From: Octopus vulgaris
Taxonomy: Eukaryota
Length of the DNA stretch: 64,000 bases
Direction of reading: 5' to 3'
NCBI GenBank assembly: GCA_951406725.2
Contig: OX597816.1
Span: 111,476,001-111,540,000, forward strand
Position numbers and translations under genes: made by a program. Under the pieces are notes generated by a model, which saw only the letters and a list, made by a program, of their open reading frames with translations, was not told the DNA's origin and searched no databases. Every line of letters begins with the position of its first letter. Positions within the stretch are counted from its first letter, which is position 1. Shown piece after piece: positions 51,470 through 64,000 of this stretch.

Positions 51470-52285
51470 ATGCTGAATATTAGCAAACCCTCTACTATCA
51501 GCATACCAAGTTAAATGTAATGCAAAAATACACTTATCAAGAAGAGCTACAATTCTAGAGACATGATCAGTAAATGACCTGAGCATTAACATGGGTAATG
51601 ATGCATCTTTTCATATGCATTTTTCTAAGATGACAATGTAATGTAGATGGCTTGTTTGATGTGTTCTTAGAACTTTCAGATAAAGAGATTAGGAACCCAT
51701 GATGATCTTCTGGGGGGACACACGTCCTAGGCTATCTATATTATTACTCCTTGTTATGTTTACCACAAAATTTTAAATTATTGATGGAACTTGAAGCAAT
51801 ACAACACTGCAACGCAAGGATTGTCTCAATGTAACAGGTCAGCTGATGGGAAAGAGCAAGAGAAGACACGTAGTAATATACGTCAGAATGATTCTGGGTG
51901 GACTTGCATCAAACTTTGGCATTGAAAGCTATACTAATCCCAGAACAGCATACCACTGCATAGTGTCAAAGATATAATCCTTGCCATTCAGATTTACGAC
52001 CAAATACTGCAATAGTTTAGGGTTCAAAGGTGCACAGCTTTTCAATATTTTATCAAAAGACTTAAACATACTTACATGGTATAGAGATCTTTAAAAAAGT
52101 AACTGAACCTTGTACTGTCTTAAATTACAAATAAACCTACATTGTGGTAAAACACACAATTGAAAACAGCAACTTCAAACTCCCTCACTCATCAAATGCC
52201 AGAAAATGGAAAAGGATTGATAAAAGAGTAGCAACACCAACAGTGGTGCCCAAACATGGCTTCAGCTTATAGCTGAAACAAACAA
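51470..52285 (+). mobile_element. Decayed CR1-like LINE 3' fragment
   Basis: Homologous to 48400-48815 (aactttggcattgaaagctatac, caaatactgcaatag). Same ggtgcccaaacatggc...gctgaaac tail. Confidence 0.6.
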
Positions 52286-52393
52286 AAAAAAAAGGATAAA
52301 TACGCACATGCACGTGTATCAATGTGCGTGAATGTGTATCAGTATGTGTGTTTGTTTATTTTTGAATGTGTAATTGCATGCATGTGTGATATA

Positions 52394-52493
52394 TATGAGG
52401 CAGTATCAAAAGGTTCCTGAACTAGTTATGTTCAATAAAAAGTAATTTATTTACCTACAGAACTAGTCTGGGGCCTTTTTGATACCACCTTGT
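52394..52493. mobile_element. ~100-bp mariner-type MITE
   Basis: tatgaggcagtatcaaaaggttcctgaactag / ctagtctgggcctttttgataccaccttgta inverted ends. Confidence 0.6.
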
Positions 52494-52508
52494 AGATATA
52501 AGTATGCA

Positions 52509-53025
52509 TACCGTAAATCTTTGAGTATAGTCTGCCCTTGAGTATAATACGCAGGGGATTTTTAGGGGGCTGTACCTCTGAAAAACCTAAACCTTGTGTA
52601 TAATACATTCTCCTTCTCTAACTTGAGTTGTGCATAATTAAGCCAGCAGCACCTAGTCGAACAAACACTTCTGCACATGCATAATACAATAATGGTAGAG
52701 TTCTTAACTGCTATATGGGAATGTAAATATGTTTGCAAATTGTTTTTGTTACATGTTATTCTGTGTTCTGAATACTTTTATTTTAATGAATGTTGCTTAC
52801 TGCAAGTTATGGATGATTCTTTTATGACTTCATTGTTTTCAGACTTAGCTTAAGGTATTTTCGCTCCCAACATCACAAAATTCATCATTGCTAGACAGCA
52901 AATAGAGACTTGGACGTTGCTTAGAAAATATTTTTCATTTTTAACCTCGTATATAGTACGCACTAGGGATTTTGACCTTTAAATTTTGTGGAAAAAATGC
53001 GGATTATACTCGAGGATTTTTGGTA
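52509..53025. mobile_element. pogo/Tigger-like MITE
   Basis: TIRs taccgtaaatctttgagtata / tatactcgaggatttttggta with subterminal gtata repeats. Confidence 0.7.
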
Positions 53026-53299
53026 CATGATTGTATGTTTGCATGACTGTGTATGTGTGTATGTGTGTGTGTAGGTATGTATGTACATGTGTGCTTGTTG
53101 ATGCTACAATGTTATACCTCAAAATCAAATATTTTAAGGAATGTCAAGTGTAGGAAGTAAAAAAGAAGTAATCAAGGGTCAAGCTACAGGTCTATTAATG
53201 AGGCTGAGTAATTAATTATATACACAGTATTGGAGATTGCTTTAGTCATAGATGGTATGCTAGTTACAGGTGTTTTGAAAGTTCTTTACATCTATAGAT

Positions 53300-53381
53300 T
53301 GTTGTTGATGCAGTCAGTTTTGTCGTTGTTGTTGCAGTCAGTTTTGTCGTTGTTGTTGCAGTCAGTTTTGTCGTTGTTGTT
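53300..53381. repeat. 24-bp tandem repeat x3
   Basis: gttgttgttgcagtcagttttgtc x3. Confidence 0.9.
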
Positions 53382-53554
53382 GGTGTTGTTATTGTCAGAG
53401 GTTGGCCCTGACAGAGCAAACTCGTGATCAAAAATATTCCAGCTATGACCATCATATATGGGTATTGGAGAGCATAAATATTAAAGTTGTATTTGAGAAA
53501 AAATTAGCTGACATGGAAGGCTGGTAGCCATCTTAATATTGTATCATGATAATT

Positions 53555-54085
53555 GGTACCAGGTATCAAAATGACAATATCATGGCTGTGCTCAATGCTC
53601 TATGAACATCGTAAAGGCTATAAGATGTAACATGGCAGCTGCAATGGAGACTGCAAAGCCATGACCAGTAAGAATGGACATAGCAGGTGTTCTGACTGTG
53701 TCCAGATGCCAGAGTTCATCCCTGCATCTTTGAACAGGGTCTTAGGCTCAATTCAGATGGTCATTTGAAGCTGCTGGGAGGCTATGTGTGTGGCAGCAGG
53801 ATTTGGCTCCTTACCATATCACCAGGAGTCAGAACTGGTTATCAGACAATTTTTATAATTTCACCAACCCCAGTTTCTGGCCTCCTAATTACTATATGTG
53901 GGGTGTAGCTGAGAAAAAATACCAACAACTCTGCCTGTAGCACAAAGGTTGATGGCCAAGTCCAAGGACATGTTCAAAGATGTTCCCAGGGATACAATGA
54001 TGAATACATGTACCAGATTCTGGAACCATCTTGGGTCCATGGTGGAAGCTGAGAGTGGCTACTTTAAGCAAACTGTTATTCTCCA
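53555..54085 (+). mobile_element. Decayed maT-like derivative
   Basis: VWQQDLAPYH...FWPPN-like segment. Homologous to 57880-58425 and 27310-27959. Confidence 0.55.
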
Positions 54086-54094
54086 ATCATAATC

Positions 54095-54450
54095 ATCATC
54101 ATCATCATTTAACATCCGTTTTCCATGGGTAGGATGGCTCGACTGGGGTCTGGGAAGCCAGGAGGCTGCACCAAGCACCAATCTAATCTGGCTGTGTTTC
54201 TACAGCTGGATGCCCTTCCTAACGCCAACCATAGAGTATAGTGGGTGCTTTTTACGTGCCAGAGGGGGCTGGTATCGACCACGTTTGGAAGGTGCTTTTT
54301 CATGCCACCAGCACAGGAGCCAGTCAAGGCAGCACTGGCATCAGCCATGTTTGGATGGTGCTTTTTACATGTCACTGGCACAGGAACCAGTGAGAACGAG
54401 AGGGCTGGCATCAACCACGTTCGGATGGTGCTTTTTACATGCCACTTGCA
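54095..54450 (-). mobile_element. RTE 3' UTR fragment with tandem units
   Basis: (CAT)n plus ggtgctttttacgtgcc repeats. Confidence 0.75.
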
Positions 54451-55463
54451 CTGTTCTTTTAAGATAATTTTGTTTTTGAATGGGATATTGTATTTTCTTT
54501 ACCTTTCATACAAACTGTCAAATTTAGTTCAAACACCTTGTATAAACTGTATTATCTGCTACGTCTTTTTTCTTTTCAAGACAACAAGGTATATCATGCG
54601 GAAAGTTTGATAGATTTTTGTAGTGTGACCATATAAAGACTCCTTTGTTATATCATTAGTAAGAGATAGCTGCCTGTTCACAGAATACTGTCACTCATAG
54701 GTCAATTACTGAGGCACATGCCCTACTAGCTTCAAGACATCTTATTATGCCTGTACAATATAATATTGGGGGAGGTACTTATGGATATTTAATTATTGTT
54801 ATAAGTGTAAATGTTGGTGAAGGGGATTATAACAACAATCTGAGAAAATTAAAATACCTTCAACAATGTTTTCCATAACACTAATAAAATACAATATTTC
54901 CAACTGGTATATTTTTATAAGTAAATGTGAAATTGGGTGGAAATTTCCAAAGAGAGTTAAGATTTGAGAAGTATCTTATTAATATGGGCCTAGAGACACA
55001 TAGCGTGCAGCCAGAATAAGGGAAATCTTTTATGAGAGCCAAATTCCAGAGTTTATAAAGGCTTGCTTAAAAACTTTGAGAATGTTCTTCAAGATATTTC
55101 AGTGCAAAAATCAACTTACCTTTTTGCCTGCCAGTGCTTATCAAAACTGACAACTTGAATGAGTGATTGGTAAAAATGAGAGAATGTATTTCTATAAATG
55201 TCAAGGATAAAGTGCAGATATATATTACCAAATAAGGCAATTGTAATTGCAAGCAGATTAAATTTTAAACCTAAATGTTCAAAATTAAAATCTGTAGAAG
55301 CTATTGGCTATGTATTTGTGTGTGTGTGTGTATAAATGGTACATTTCTAGAGTCCTTCACATTCATTATTAAGAAGTGGGTTGCATGACTTTATTGTAAC
55401 ACAAAGTATACATTTCTATGTGTGTATGTATACATATGTTTGAATTGGTGTTTTTGTTTTTTA

Positions 55464-55516
<53 letters not shown>

Positions 55517-55949
55517 GTGTGTGTAAATATCTGGTTGATGTTTTCACATATATTTACACAGATTTTAAAGTAAATATCTGTTACACACTAAGATGGACGC
55601 TTCTTAGAATTGCTGTTTTAGTTAAATAGAAAGCAGTGCAAATAATTAAAAGTGTGTTGTTTAGCTTAAAAGCATCATATTCTTAGGTGGTTCTTCTGTA
55701 TGAATAATTTGAGGTTTTGACAAGTTCACCTGTTACAAGTATTTGGATGTAACCAGAAATAATACGGCATTAAAAAATAATAAGCCATGGAGAAAATAAG
55801 GGTAGGGAAAATTAAGAAGAAAGAAAGATGTTGAATTCTATGATTCTTACAGGTTATATCTATAATTAGTAACAAAGTTCTATGCTATTTTTACTCACCA
55901 AAAAAAAAGTATCAGTTTTTAAGTGAATTACTTTTTTCTTTTTTTTTTT

Positions 55950-57799
55950 GAGCGGTGGTTCCAAAGAAATCAGTTTTGGGTACTCATGTCATGTTTTGCC
56001 TCAATCCATAATGTTTGAGATGATGAGAAGCTGGCAGAACCATAGGGAATATAAATTATCTTTGGTTCATTCATACAATACACTGTACACCATTGACAGT
56101 CATTCCTTCATATCCAATGTGAATATCTATTTTTTGCATAATCAGGATAGCATTACATATCTAAAAGAAAAAAAGAAAATATGATGTACTTTCAAAAATA
56201 TCTCAAGTATCTATATAGCACTTCATTTTAAATTCTCTCTTTTTTCCTTTTTCTCTGTCCTGAAGGGGGAAAAAACAAATGTCATACCTTCAGCCTTACA
56301 ACATGCTCTCATTTTGATTAGGTACCTAGCCTTATTTTTTACTATCCTAGAATGTCCTGGGGATAGAAATATTCTCTTCTCGTCTAAGATAAGTTCTATG
56401 ATGGTGAATTACAACCTAACAGATCCACCTTTTATTTCAAAGGAGCTAAATGTTATTTACACATCTTGAATTGAAGCAGTTAGTACAGAAATCTCGATTT
56501 GCCAAAAGAATTTGCTGAGTTACAGAGATCAATACTGAGGGAAAAAGTGAGTTATATGTTGGTATCTAAAACAAAATTCTCCTTTCACAGAAATAAAGAA
56601 AAAATATTTCAAATCAGAGGCTGATTCTGTTTTCTTCTATGATATCATTATTCTTTTAAAAGCAATTGGATATCTGTCGACTGAATGGATATACTTTATT
56701 GACAGTTCAAAGGTTAAAATGTGTCTTACATTACAACAAAAATAAAATGACATAAGTTATGATTAGTCCAAATAATTTGTTTTATTGAATTTGTAAAGAA
56801 TAAACTCAATATACTGAGAATTCTATACTTAAATGGATATATCGTTATAATATAACATTTACATTTTAAATTGCATCCAATAAGCCAATTTAGTATCTAT
56901 ATCGCCATTTTTATTTACAAGTTTGTGGTGTCATTTTCTTTCATGTTATCAAATGTGATGGTGGGGTTTTAAGCAATGGGACATTCTCACTGGTTGCTGT
57001 TGAAGTTAACATTCATCTTCCTTTGATATTTATTGCGTTTGTAACACAGCAAGTCCATAAGAGATACTGTCTCAGGACAAATAGCATAGTAACCTGCTGA
57101 CAGTGTGTATACATTTACTATGATACATAGAGAGAGTTCAGGCTATATTTGATGATATTTTATGCCCCCTTTTATCAGGAACAACTTAATGTATTGTTGA
57201 ACAATGAATGGTGCTAGAGAGCATGAAGATTAATCCTGTCAGACCTGTGCCCTTTGGTCTAACTTTACCCTCCATTAGGGCTCCCAAGCAAAAAAAAATA
57301 GATAGTAACGACTGCAGCAAACTAATGGACAGAATCACACATAAAAGAAAAATCAGGAGAATAACAATATCTCTCAACTACCATATTCATTCCTCATCAC
57401 TTTCACCAGTTTGATTGTCTGAATCACTCTCATTGCCAGCATAAGTGTAAACTCTTCATCTGAAGAAGAAATATCCTCAATGATTTCCACAATTGCAAAG
57501 AGTCTAGGCCTTGCTTGTTTACAAGACAAAGTGCTAGATTCGTCACACACTTGTTTCATTGTAAAATCGTTTTCCTTTTTTTTTTCAATTAAAAACAAAA
57601 GTAAACGACAGCTACAGGGGATACCATCAACAATGAATCATAAGCACACTTGACAACAAAGCTGCAATGTGATCAGTTGTTAATTTTAAGTATTTTATCT
57701 TCTTTTTCTAAGTGTGTTGTTTATTACTGCTTTAGGGGGAATCCAGAAGAGATGACATTTGAGCTATTCCTGCTATGAACCATGGCTTTACAGGGTTAA
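55950..57799 (-). mobile_element. Decayed piggyBac-like element
   Basis: Terminus GGG|TTAA at ~57793-57799, acidic N-terminal peptide (EIIEDISSSDEE), weak remnants further downstream. Left boundary uncertain. Confidence 0.4.
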
Positions 57800-57879
57800 A
57801 AGTGTAATTTAGAAAACGTTAGTTGACATGAAGACATGAAGGACTGGAAACCATTTGAATGTTGGAAAACAAGTTACCA

Positions 57880-58425
57880 ATATCATGATGATTCACACCA
57901 GGTATCAAAATGCCAAAATCATGACTGCTGTTCAATGCTGTGAACACTGCAAAGGCTGTATGACATAACATGGACAGCAGCAATGGAGACTATAAAGCCA
58001 TTACCAGTAGGAAGGAACACAGGTATTCTGATTAGACCAGAATTCATTCCCACACATTTGAACAAGGCCTTAGGCTCAATTCAGATAGCTATGTGAAGCT
58101 GCTGGAAACTGTGGACAATCCCTGGCTTGAGAAGATTGCTGCTGGAAGGCCATATATATGGCCTTACAGCAGTTCCTTGCCATACCTCTGGAAAAAGTCA
58201 GAAGTGGTTGTCAGAGTATTTCAAAGACTTTACTAGCCCCAGTTTTTAGCCTCTTAATTCCCTCAATTGTAATCCTATGGATTATTTTATGTGGGGTGAG
58301 ACTGCTAAAGACACAAACCACTCTGCCTGTAACATCAAGGCTGAGCTGGTAGCCAAGATGAAGGTGTTCAAAGATCTTCCCTGGGACACAGGAAGGAATG
58401 CATGACCAGCTTACCATCAACACTA
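57880..58425 (+). mobile_element. Decayed maT-like derivative
   Basis: AAGRPYIW...PLNSLNCNPMDYFMWG-like segment. Confidence 0.6.
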
Positions 58426-58799
58426 TCATCTCTCAAGCTGGCTGAAACATTAGCATGTTGGACAAAATACTAAGTGGTGTACAGAAAACCTTACATAAGA
58501 AATGAAACAAATATTAAAACATTTATTTAAACAGCTTGGCTATAACTTTTAGACAGCAATAACTGTAACACAATTAGTTTTGTGGGAGTAGCTCAAGAAG
58601 CATTTTCTTTAACATTTATATTGAAACATTTTGAATCTGATACATGACTAGGAAACTTGAATATAAATATGATATCTGTTTCAGTCTTAATCATCCAGCA
58701 TAATCAAGTCGTCCTGTTGTGGCCAAGGACATTTCCTAGGTTTTAACAAAGTTTCAGAACCAAGAACAATAAAAACAAAGTTCACAAAAGTACTTAAAT

Positions 58800-61488
58800 G
58801 GATACCAAACATGCAAACTCAAGGAAAAGTGACCTTGATGTAATTTCATCAAGTTTGTTAACTCCTACGGCTGAAACAAGCTAATTAAGTCCCAGTGAAG
58901 CCAATGATAGCACACGATCTGTGAGAGCAAGTTCTAGCAATTTTCAACCCACTGTTGACACTTCTGATACAGATGAGGATTATAGTGGGCAATATAACAA
59001 GATTGTAGTGGTACCATAGAACAAGAAGAGATAAATCTAGTAAGCTCAAACAATACAGCAGCCTTACAAACTCTATATGAAATAATTATTTACTGCAATG
59101 GGACCATAGCAGTAAATAATTATTTCATATAGAATTGTTTAATGCAAGAAATCAGTTCTTTTCAAAAAAAAAGATGATGAATAAATCAAATCTGGTTGGG
59201 TTTACTAGGAGCAAGCAAAACATTTATTTCTTAAATATTTTGAGAAAAGGATTGAAAAATTTATCAGATTCTGATGAGATCCTGCTTAGTTTACTCATAC
59301 GAATTATTTTCTAAATGCCAAACATCATTTGCAATAGATAGGTTTTATAACTAGAATGAATGTACACGGAATTCTGGAGAATTATGAAGATAGCATGGAA
59401 GATAAGAAGGCAATGTTTGAATAAATAACGTGAAAGATATATTAAAATACCATGGATCAAAAACTTAAAGAATTGATCAGGAAAGGACATACAGTAGAAT
59501 ACGGATGAGCAGAAGAGAGTTTTATATGTTGTAAAATTTTTAACTGAAAGAGGTTTGTCATTTAGATCACATGGGGAAACGTGGGGCTCATCTAATGGAA
59601 ACTTTATGGAGACTGTTGCAGAATATCTTGAGAATTTTAAGAATGAGAAAGTAAATACTGCTTATCTATTCAAAACTGTGTATGAAAAATTATTGGAAGC
59701 CATGGGAAATCATGTCCATCATGAAATCATCTATGAGATTAACAACCATGAGACCAAATACTATTATTGTTGCTTTGATGCTTGACCTGATATATGTTGA
59801 CAAGGTGATAGTTGTAGTTTGATATTATTATAATCAAAAACTTTAAAGATTTTACTGATAGAAAATAGAGAGATTACTGATAGAAAATAGAGAGACTCTA
59901 AAGATTTTATTGATAGAAAATCATCATTTGTTCATGAACTTGTTCAGCAAAATACAAGTGCTAAATGGACATATGTTTCAACTGAAAATACCCATAGATA
60001 GTTTTATGTTAATGGATTTAATATAACAATCTCAGAAAACAGAGCTACAAGCACTCATAAAAAACATTAGCATGTATACAGACTATGTGCAGCTCATTCA
60101 TTCACCCTGGTAGTATCCACTATACCTGATACTGTTGAATATTATGGCATTTTGCAGATGCTATTTGTTTTCTATTTTGATCTTCCTGATAGAAGGTTTT
60201 AAACACACAAAACAATCTAAACTTTACCCTGGTAGGTTTCAGTACAACTAGATGATCTATTAAAATAAACATATGAGTGTTTTACAAACTCTCAAACACA
60301 TTCGTGAAGATTCATAAAGAAAACTGGAATGTAAACATGAAGAATATATGCTATAAACCGGTAAATTTGGAATATGTAGTCTTAACACTAGCTTGGGAAG
60401 AAGTGCAGAAACTTTCTAACAATACATGTAAGAAACTGCAGACTCCTAGTTTTCATGTATTTGAAAGTTATCTTCCACTATGATCTTTTCTTTTGCTTGT
60501 TAAAGTTCTCTGAGAAAATTCAGATGAAAAATTGAAAGCAAAAAGTTTGTATGAATATATCGCCTCAAGTTATTCTACAGCTTCCAAGTGCATTCTTACA
60601 AAGAAATTTTCAGATGGAACAAGTGATGATACTTCTTTGATAAGAACTGAGTAATTTAGGTAAGAAGTTCTAAATCAAGTCTATGACTGCTTGGCTGTCC
60701 AGTTACATAAGATGATTGAACCTATATAAGCAGATTGCTAAAAAGGTTCAATTTCATCTCAGAAATGGGAAGCAATTCTGAAATTGATGAAAATAATATT
60801 AAATTTACTACATTACAAAGATGGTATTGACAAAAAGTTAGTAAATAAGAATTGTCAGTTCAGGTAGTATTTGCACCTTAGCAAATTCCTGACCTGCCAT
60901 TCAAAATGCAATGCACAGAAATTCTTCAGTCTACTTGTGAGCAATACCTAATTGAACTGTTTCCCAATATTACAACTGCACTTAAGCTGAACTTGACAAT
61001 ACCTATCATGTGTTGTGAAGCAGAAAGGAATTTCTCAAAGCAATCCTTTCTAAAGAACAAATTTTAATCTACCTTAACTGAGGAAAGCTTAAATGCATTA
61101 TGTATACTGTCTCTAGAAAATGGTATTGCAAAGATATTCTCATATGACAAAATTTTGCATGAATATATCACAAGAAAAAAACAGAAAAAATGTATTTTGT
61201 AAAATGTGTTTCATATAGTATGTATTTTCATAGATGTTTAAAATGAAAGATTAAATTGAATTTTGGGTTTACTATGCTTTATTTCATTAGCCTATGATGC
61301 AGCAAGCTTGTATATAAATAATCCCTCATTTTCATCGTTACCAACCACAAAATCTGTCAAGAAATAGGAAAATGTGTAGGTGTCCAAGTCTTCCAGACCA
61401 TGTTCGATATTTGTCTGTTATCAATGGTTGGGAAGAGTCTCCATAAAAATTCAAACTTCAGGGCCCTAAAAATGTAAGTTTGCCACTG
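58800..61488 (+). mobile_element. Decayed hAT transposon (ZMYM1-like/DUF4371 plus dimerisation domain)
   Basis: KFLTERGLSFRSHGETWGSSNGNFME, CAAHSFTL and LFPNITTALKLNLTIPIMCCEAERNFSK...STLTEESLNALCILSLE. Right end gccactg. Confidence 0.8.
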
Positions 61489-61867
61489 TTTTTAATATCA
61501 ATATACATTTCAGATTCCTATGAAGGAAGTATAAACAGGAGTATGAATGATAAGCAAAATATGCTATAAATACTCTGATTGCCAACTTCTGCATTCTGGC
61601 AGGAAAAGGGAAAATACAAAAAACACTGAAAAATCCACCAAATCTATCAAACAACTAAAAGTATCAATGAGATTAGAATCCCTTCACAAAAAAAATGCAT
61701 TGATTGAATTATATAAATTAACAAATCAAGGAGATAACAGAGTATTGCATCATCGTTCTTTATAATCTTGGTCATGTCACATCAAAGAAATTAACTATTA
61801 ATAGTAATCAAAAATTTACGATACTCTTTCGTGGTTCAGCCTTTTGTAACTAAACTGGAAACATTGC

Positions 61868-62098
61868 TTAAACCCTTTTGTTACCATACTTCTGTTGAGA
61901 TGCTCTGTGTTTCTTTCAATTAAATTTAAATGTAACAAAGAATTTAGTAAAATAACTGAGTTATCATTAAGCTAGTGTTAGGAACATAAATTGTGACTAT
62001 GGTTTGGTGGAAGATTTTAATTCAGAACTTTTGAAAACAAGACATTTGTACTACAGAGCCAGAAGCAGTTTCAGGTGGGTTGGTATCAAAAAAGTTAA
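61868..62098. mobile_element. piggyBac-type MITE
   Basis: TTAA(a)CCCTTTTGTTACCA ... TGGTATCAAAAAAG TTAA. Confidence 0.65.
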
Positions 62099-62616
62099 GA
62101 TTTCATTCTGATGTGTGAATGTTGGACGAACACCCTATCAGGACAAAAGGCAATACTGTCTACAAGGGCAGATGATGTCAGCAAGGAATCAATAACCATC
62201 CAACAAACCTACAAGTAGAGTAGGGACCAATTTAAACTTTTGAGTTTAGCACTGCAGACTTTTGCAACCCTTTTGCTAGGTGGTCTCTCTTGAATATACA
62301 TACTGGCCTTGCCTTTCCTCTGAACCAGAGGGTCCTAGGTAGCAAGAATAGCCTTTTAATAAGTGTGAGTACTTTCCATGGTTGCATAATCCAGCCCTTG
62401 AAAAATATATCATTGTTTATTCTTAACTAGCAATCACTTCCCTAACAGAAGAAAACTGCCACTGCAATTACTGATTGTTGATGACTTGATGCTGTTCCTG
62501 TCACTGACAGGACCAACAGATGCTTACTGTTCATTCAACAACGGATGCATACTGTACTACAGATACTTACTGTTCAGGAATAGCAGATGCTTACAGTGTT
62601 ATTTATTATGTCTTGT

Positions 62617-62830
62617 GAGCTGGTAGAAACATTAGCACATTGAGCAAGATGCTTTGTGGTATTTCATCCATCTTTACATTCTGAGGTCAAATTCTGCCAA
62701 GGTCAACTTTGCCTTTCATCCTTTTGAGGTCAATGAATTAAGTACCAGTCAAGTACTGGGGTTGATGTGATCAACTTTCTCCCTCACCCAAAATATTAGG
62801 CCTTGTGCCTCTAGTAGAAAGTATTATTCT
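62617..62830 (+). mobile_element. Older tRNA-derived SINE (2874-related head)
   Basis: gagctggtagaaacattagcac...gaggtcaaattctgccaaggtcaactttgcctttcatccttt...aagtaccag. Confidence 0.7.
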
Positions 62831-62899
62831 GTATAATATGAAAATGTTCATAGACATCTTAATATTAAATTTTCTGAAAGCCAATGTGAGAACCTAAAT

Positions 62900-63310
62900 A
62901 TGATACCTTAACCTACTAGAAATAGCAACCAAATTTTCCCCCAAACCCTCTTTAAGAATCAGATGACATTATATAATTAGACCTATATATCTTTAAAAAA
63001 GGATGGGTGCTTAAGGCTGAAATGCTTTTGACCACAGGTCTGCTTGATCAAGATTAATCGGAAGCTAAACAACAGAAATAACAACTGTGTAAACAGGACA
63101 ATAAAGGAACCTCTATGCACTCACTCAATCTGCTAAAAGTAGCAGCAGACGAATTCCCCTCAAACCTTACCTTGTCATTTTGAAACAGCAAATAGGAGAT
63201 ATTGGATTACTTAACATAGTTTTTAAATTAACATTTCATGAGTCATGACTGGGACACTTTGATCATAAGAATGCATGTTCAGATCTCAGCAACTGCTAAA
63301 CAACATTAAC
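62900..63310 (+). repeat. Two tandem copies of an ancient interspersed repeat
   Basis: ctactagaaatagcaacc...tttgaccacaggtctgcttgatca...gctaaacaac appears twice in degenerate form. Related pieces lie near 8440, 20960, 44660 and 53400. Confidence 0.5.
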
Positions 63311-64000
63311 CACAATTACTACTAATACCTTTATTATTACTATTTATGTTGCAGCTAATACTGTTGGTGCTTCTGTTGTTTAATATCAAAGCAAGGATAG
63401 TGGATAGTAAAGTGACAAAGAAACTTGAAATCCAAACTGAACATGGATCTAATAATGACTGATGTGATTGTTTGCCAAGATCAGAGTGTAGAAATTACTG
63501 AATATCAAGAGTTAGTTCTAGAATCACTTCAGCTATCTCAATCAAGTCAGACAATCAGAAATCCACTGTAGGGAATGAGATACATGAAAAGGACAGTGTA
63601 GGACTATACAGTACAATATTATGTGGGGCTAATTAAAAGTATGTAAACAGTAAAATAACAAAAACAAAGAAACCAAAACTTTGAACATGAAATAATTCCT
63701 CAAAAGGGAACTATTCCTCTTAGTACATTTCAAATGAAGCTGACCTCCCAGCTTGTCACTTTGTCACAGTTCTTGTGCAACTGGACATCTGGACTTAATG
63801 AAATCCCCAGCAATTTAACCAGTCCATCCAGCACTGATAGCATACATCTACCTCACTAGGTGTTGAGCTATAAACCCACTGACTTTCCTTGGTTAATTTT
63901 TGCTCTTGTCACTTCCTTGCATTCCCTTAGAGTCATGTTAGTCACCTCAATGTGCTTGGAGTCTTACACTATTACGGTGCTGTTACCTCCACATGCACAT

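Noticed and set aside
15625-59280. Other CTGATGA occurrences (e.g. ~15624, 16464, 28617, 31176, 32774, 43875, 59272)
   Set aside because: None has the stem II / GAAA / stem I arrangement around it.

Overview
AT-rich, microsatellite-saturated eukaryotic DNA. The repeat families look like octopus/coleoid cephalopod (inferred from recalled repeat families, not from a search). I find no intact host protein-coding gene, and nearly all ORFs in the supplied track are microsatellite artefacts. The window is a transposon graveyard: tRNA-derived SINEs, RTE, CR1-like and R4/Dong-like LINE fragments, mariner/maT, pogo, hAT, piggyBac and Helitron remnants, several MITEs and a possible solo LTR. The most striking part is a nested cluster at ~2.6-6.1 kb inside (TA)n tracts. 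It holds two Penelope-like (PLE) elements with inverted pseudo-LTRs carrying minimal type I hammerhead ribozymes: two intact-looking on + (3801-3846, 5777-5859), one near-intact on - and one core-mutated on -. It also holds a 5'-truncated PLE ORF with a GIY-YIG endonuclease and an unusual Asn-rich linker, which the ORF track misses. Other notable items: a Dong-like LINE in (TAA)n whose truncated 5' end is reiterated 11 times, an (ATAC)n-associated REL-endonuclease LINE, inverted local duplications abutting SINE 5' ends, an inverted MITE dimer with a 7-bp flanking repeat, a perfect 25-bp hairpin, and a few candidate (micro)exons.
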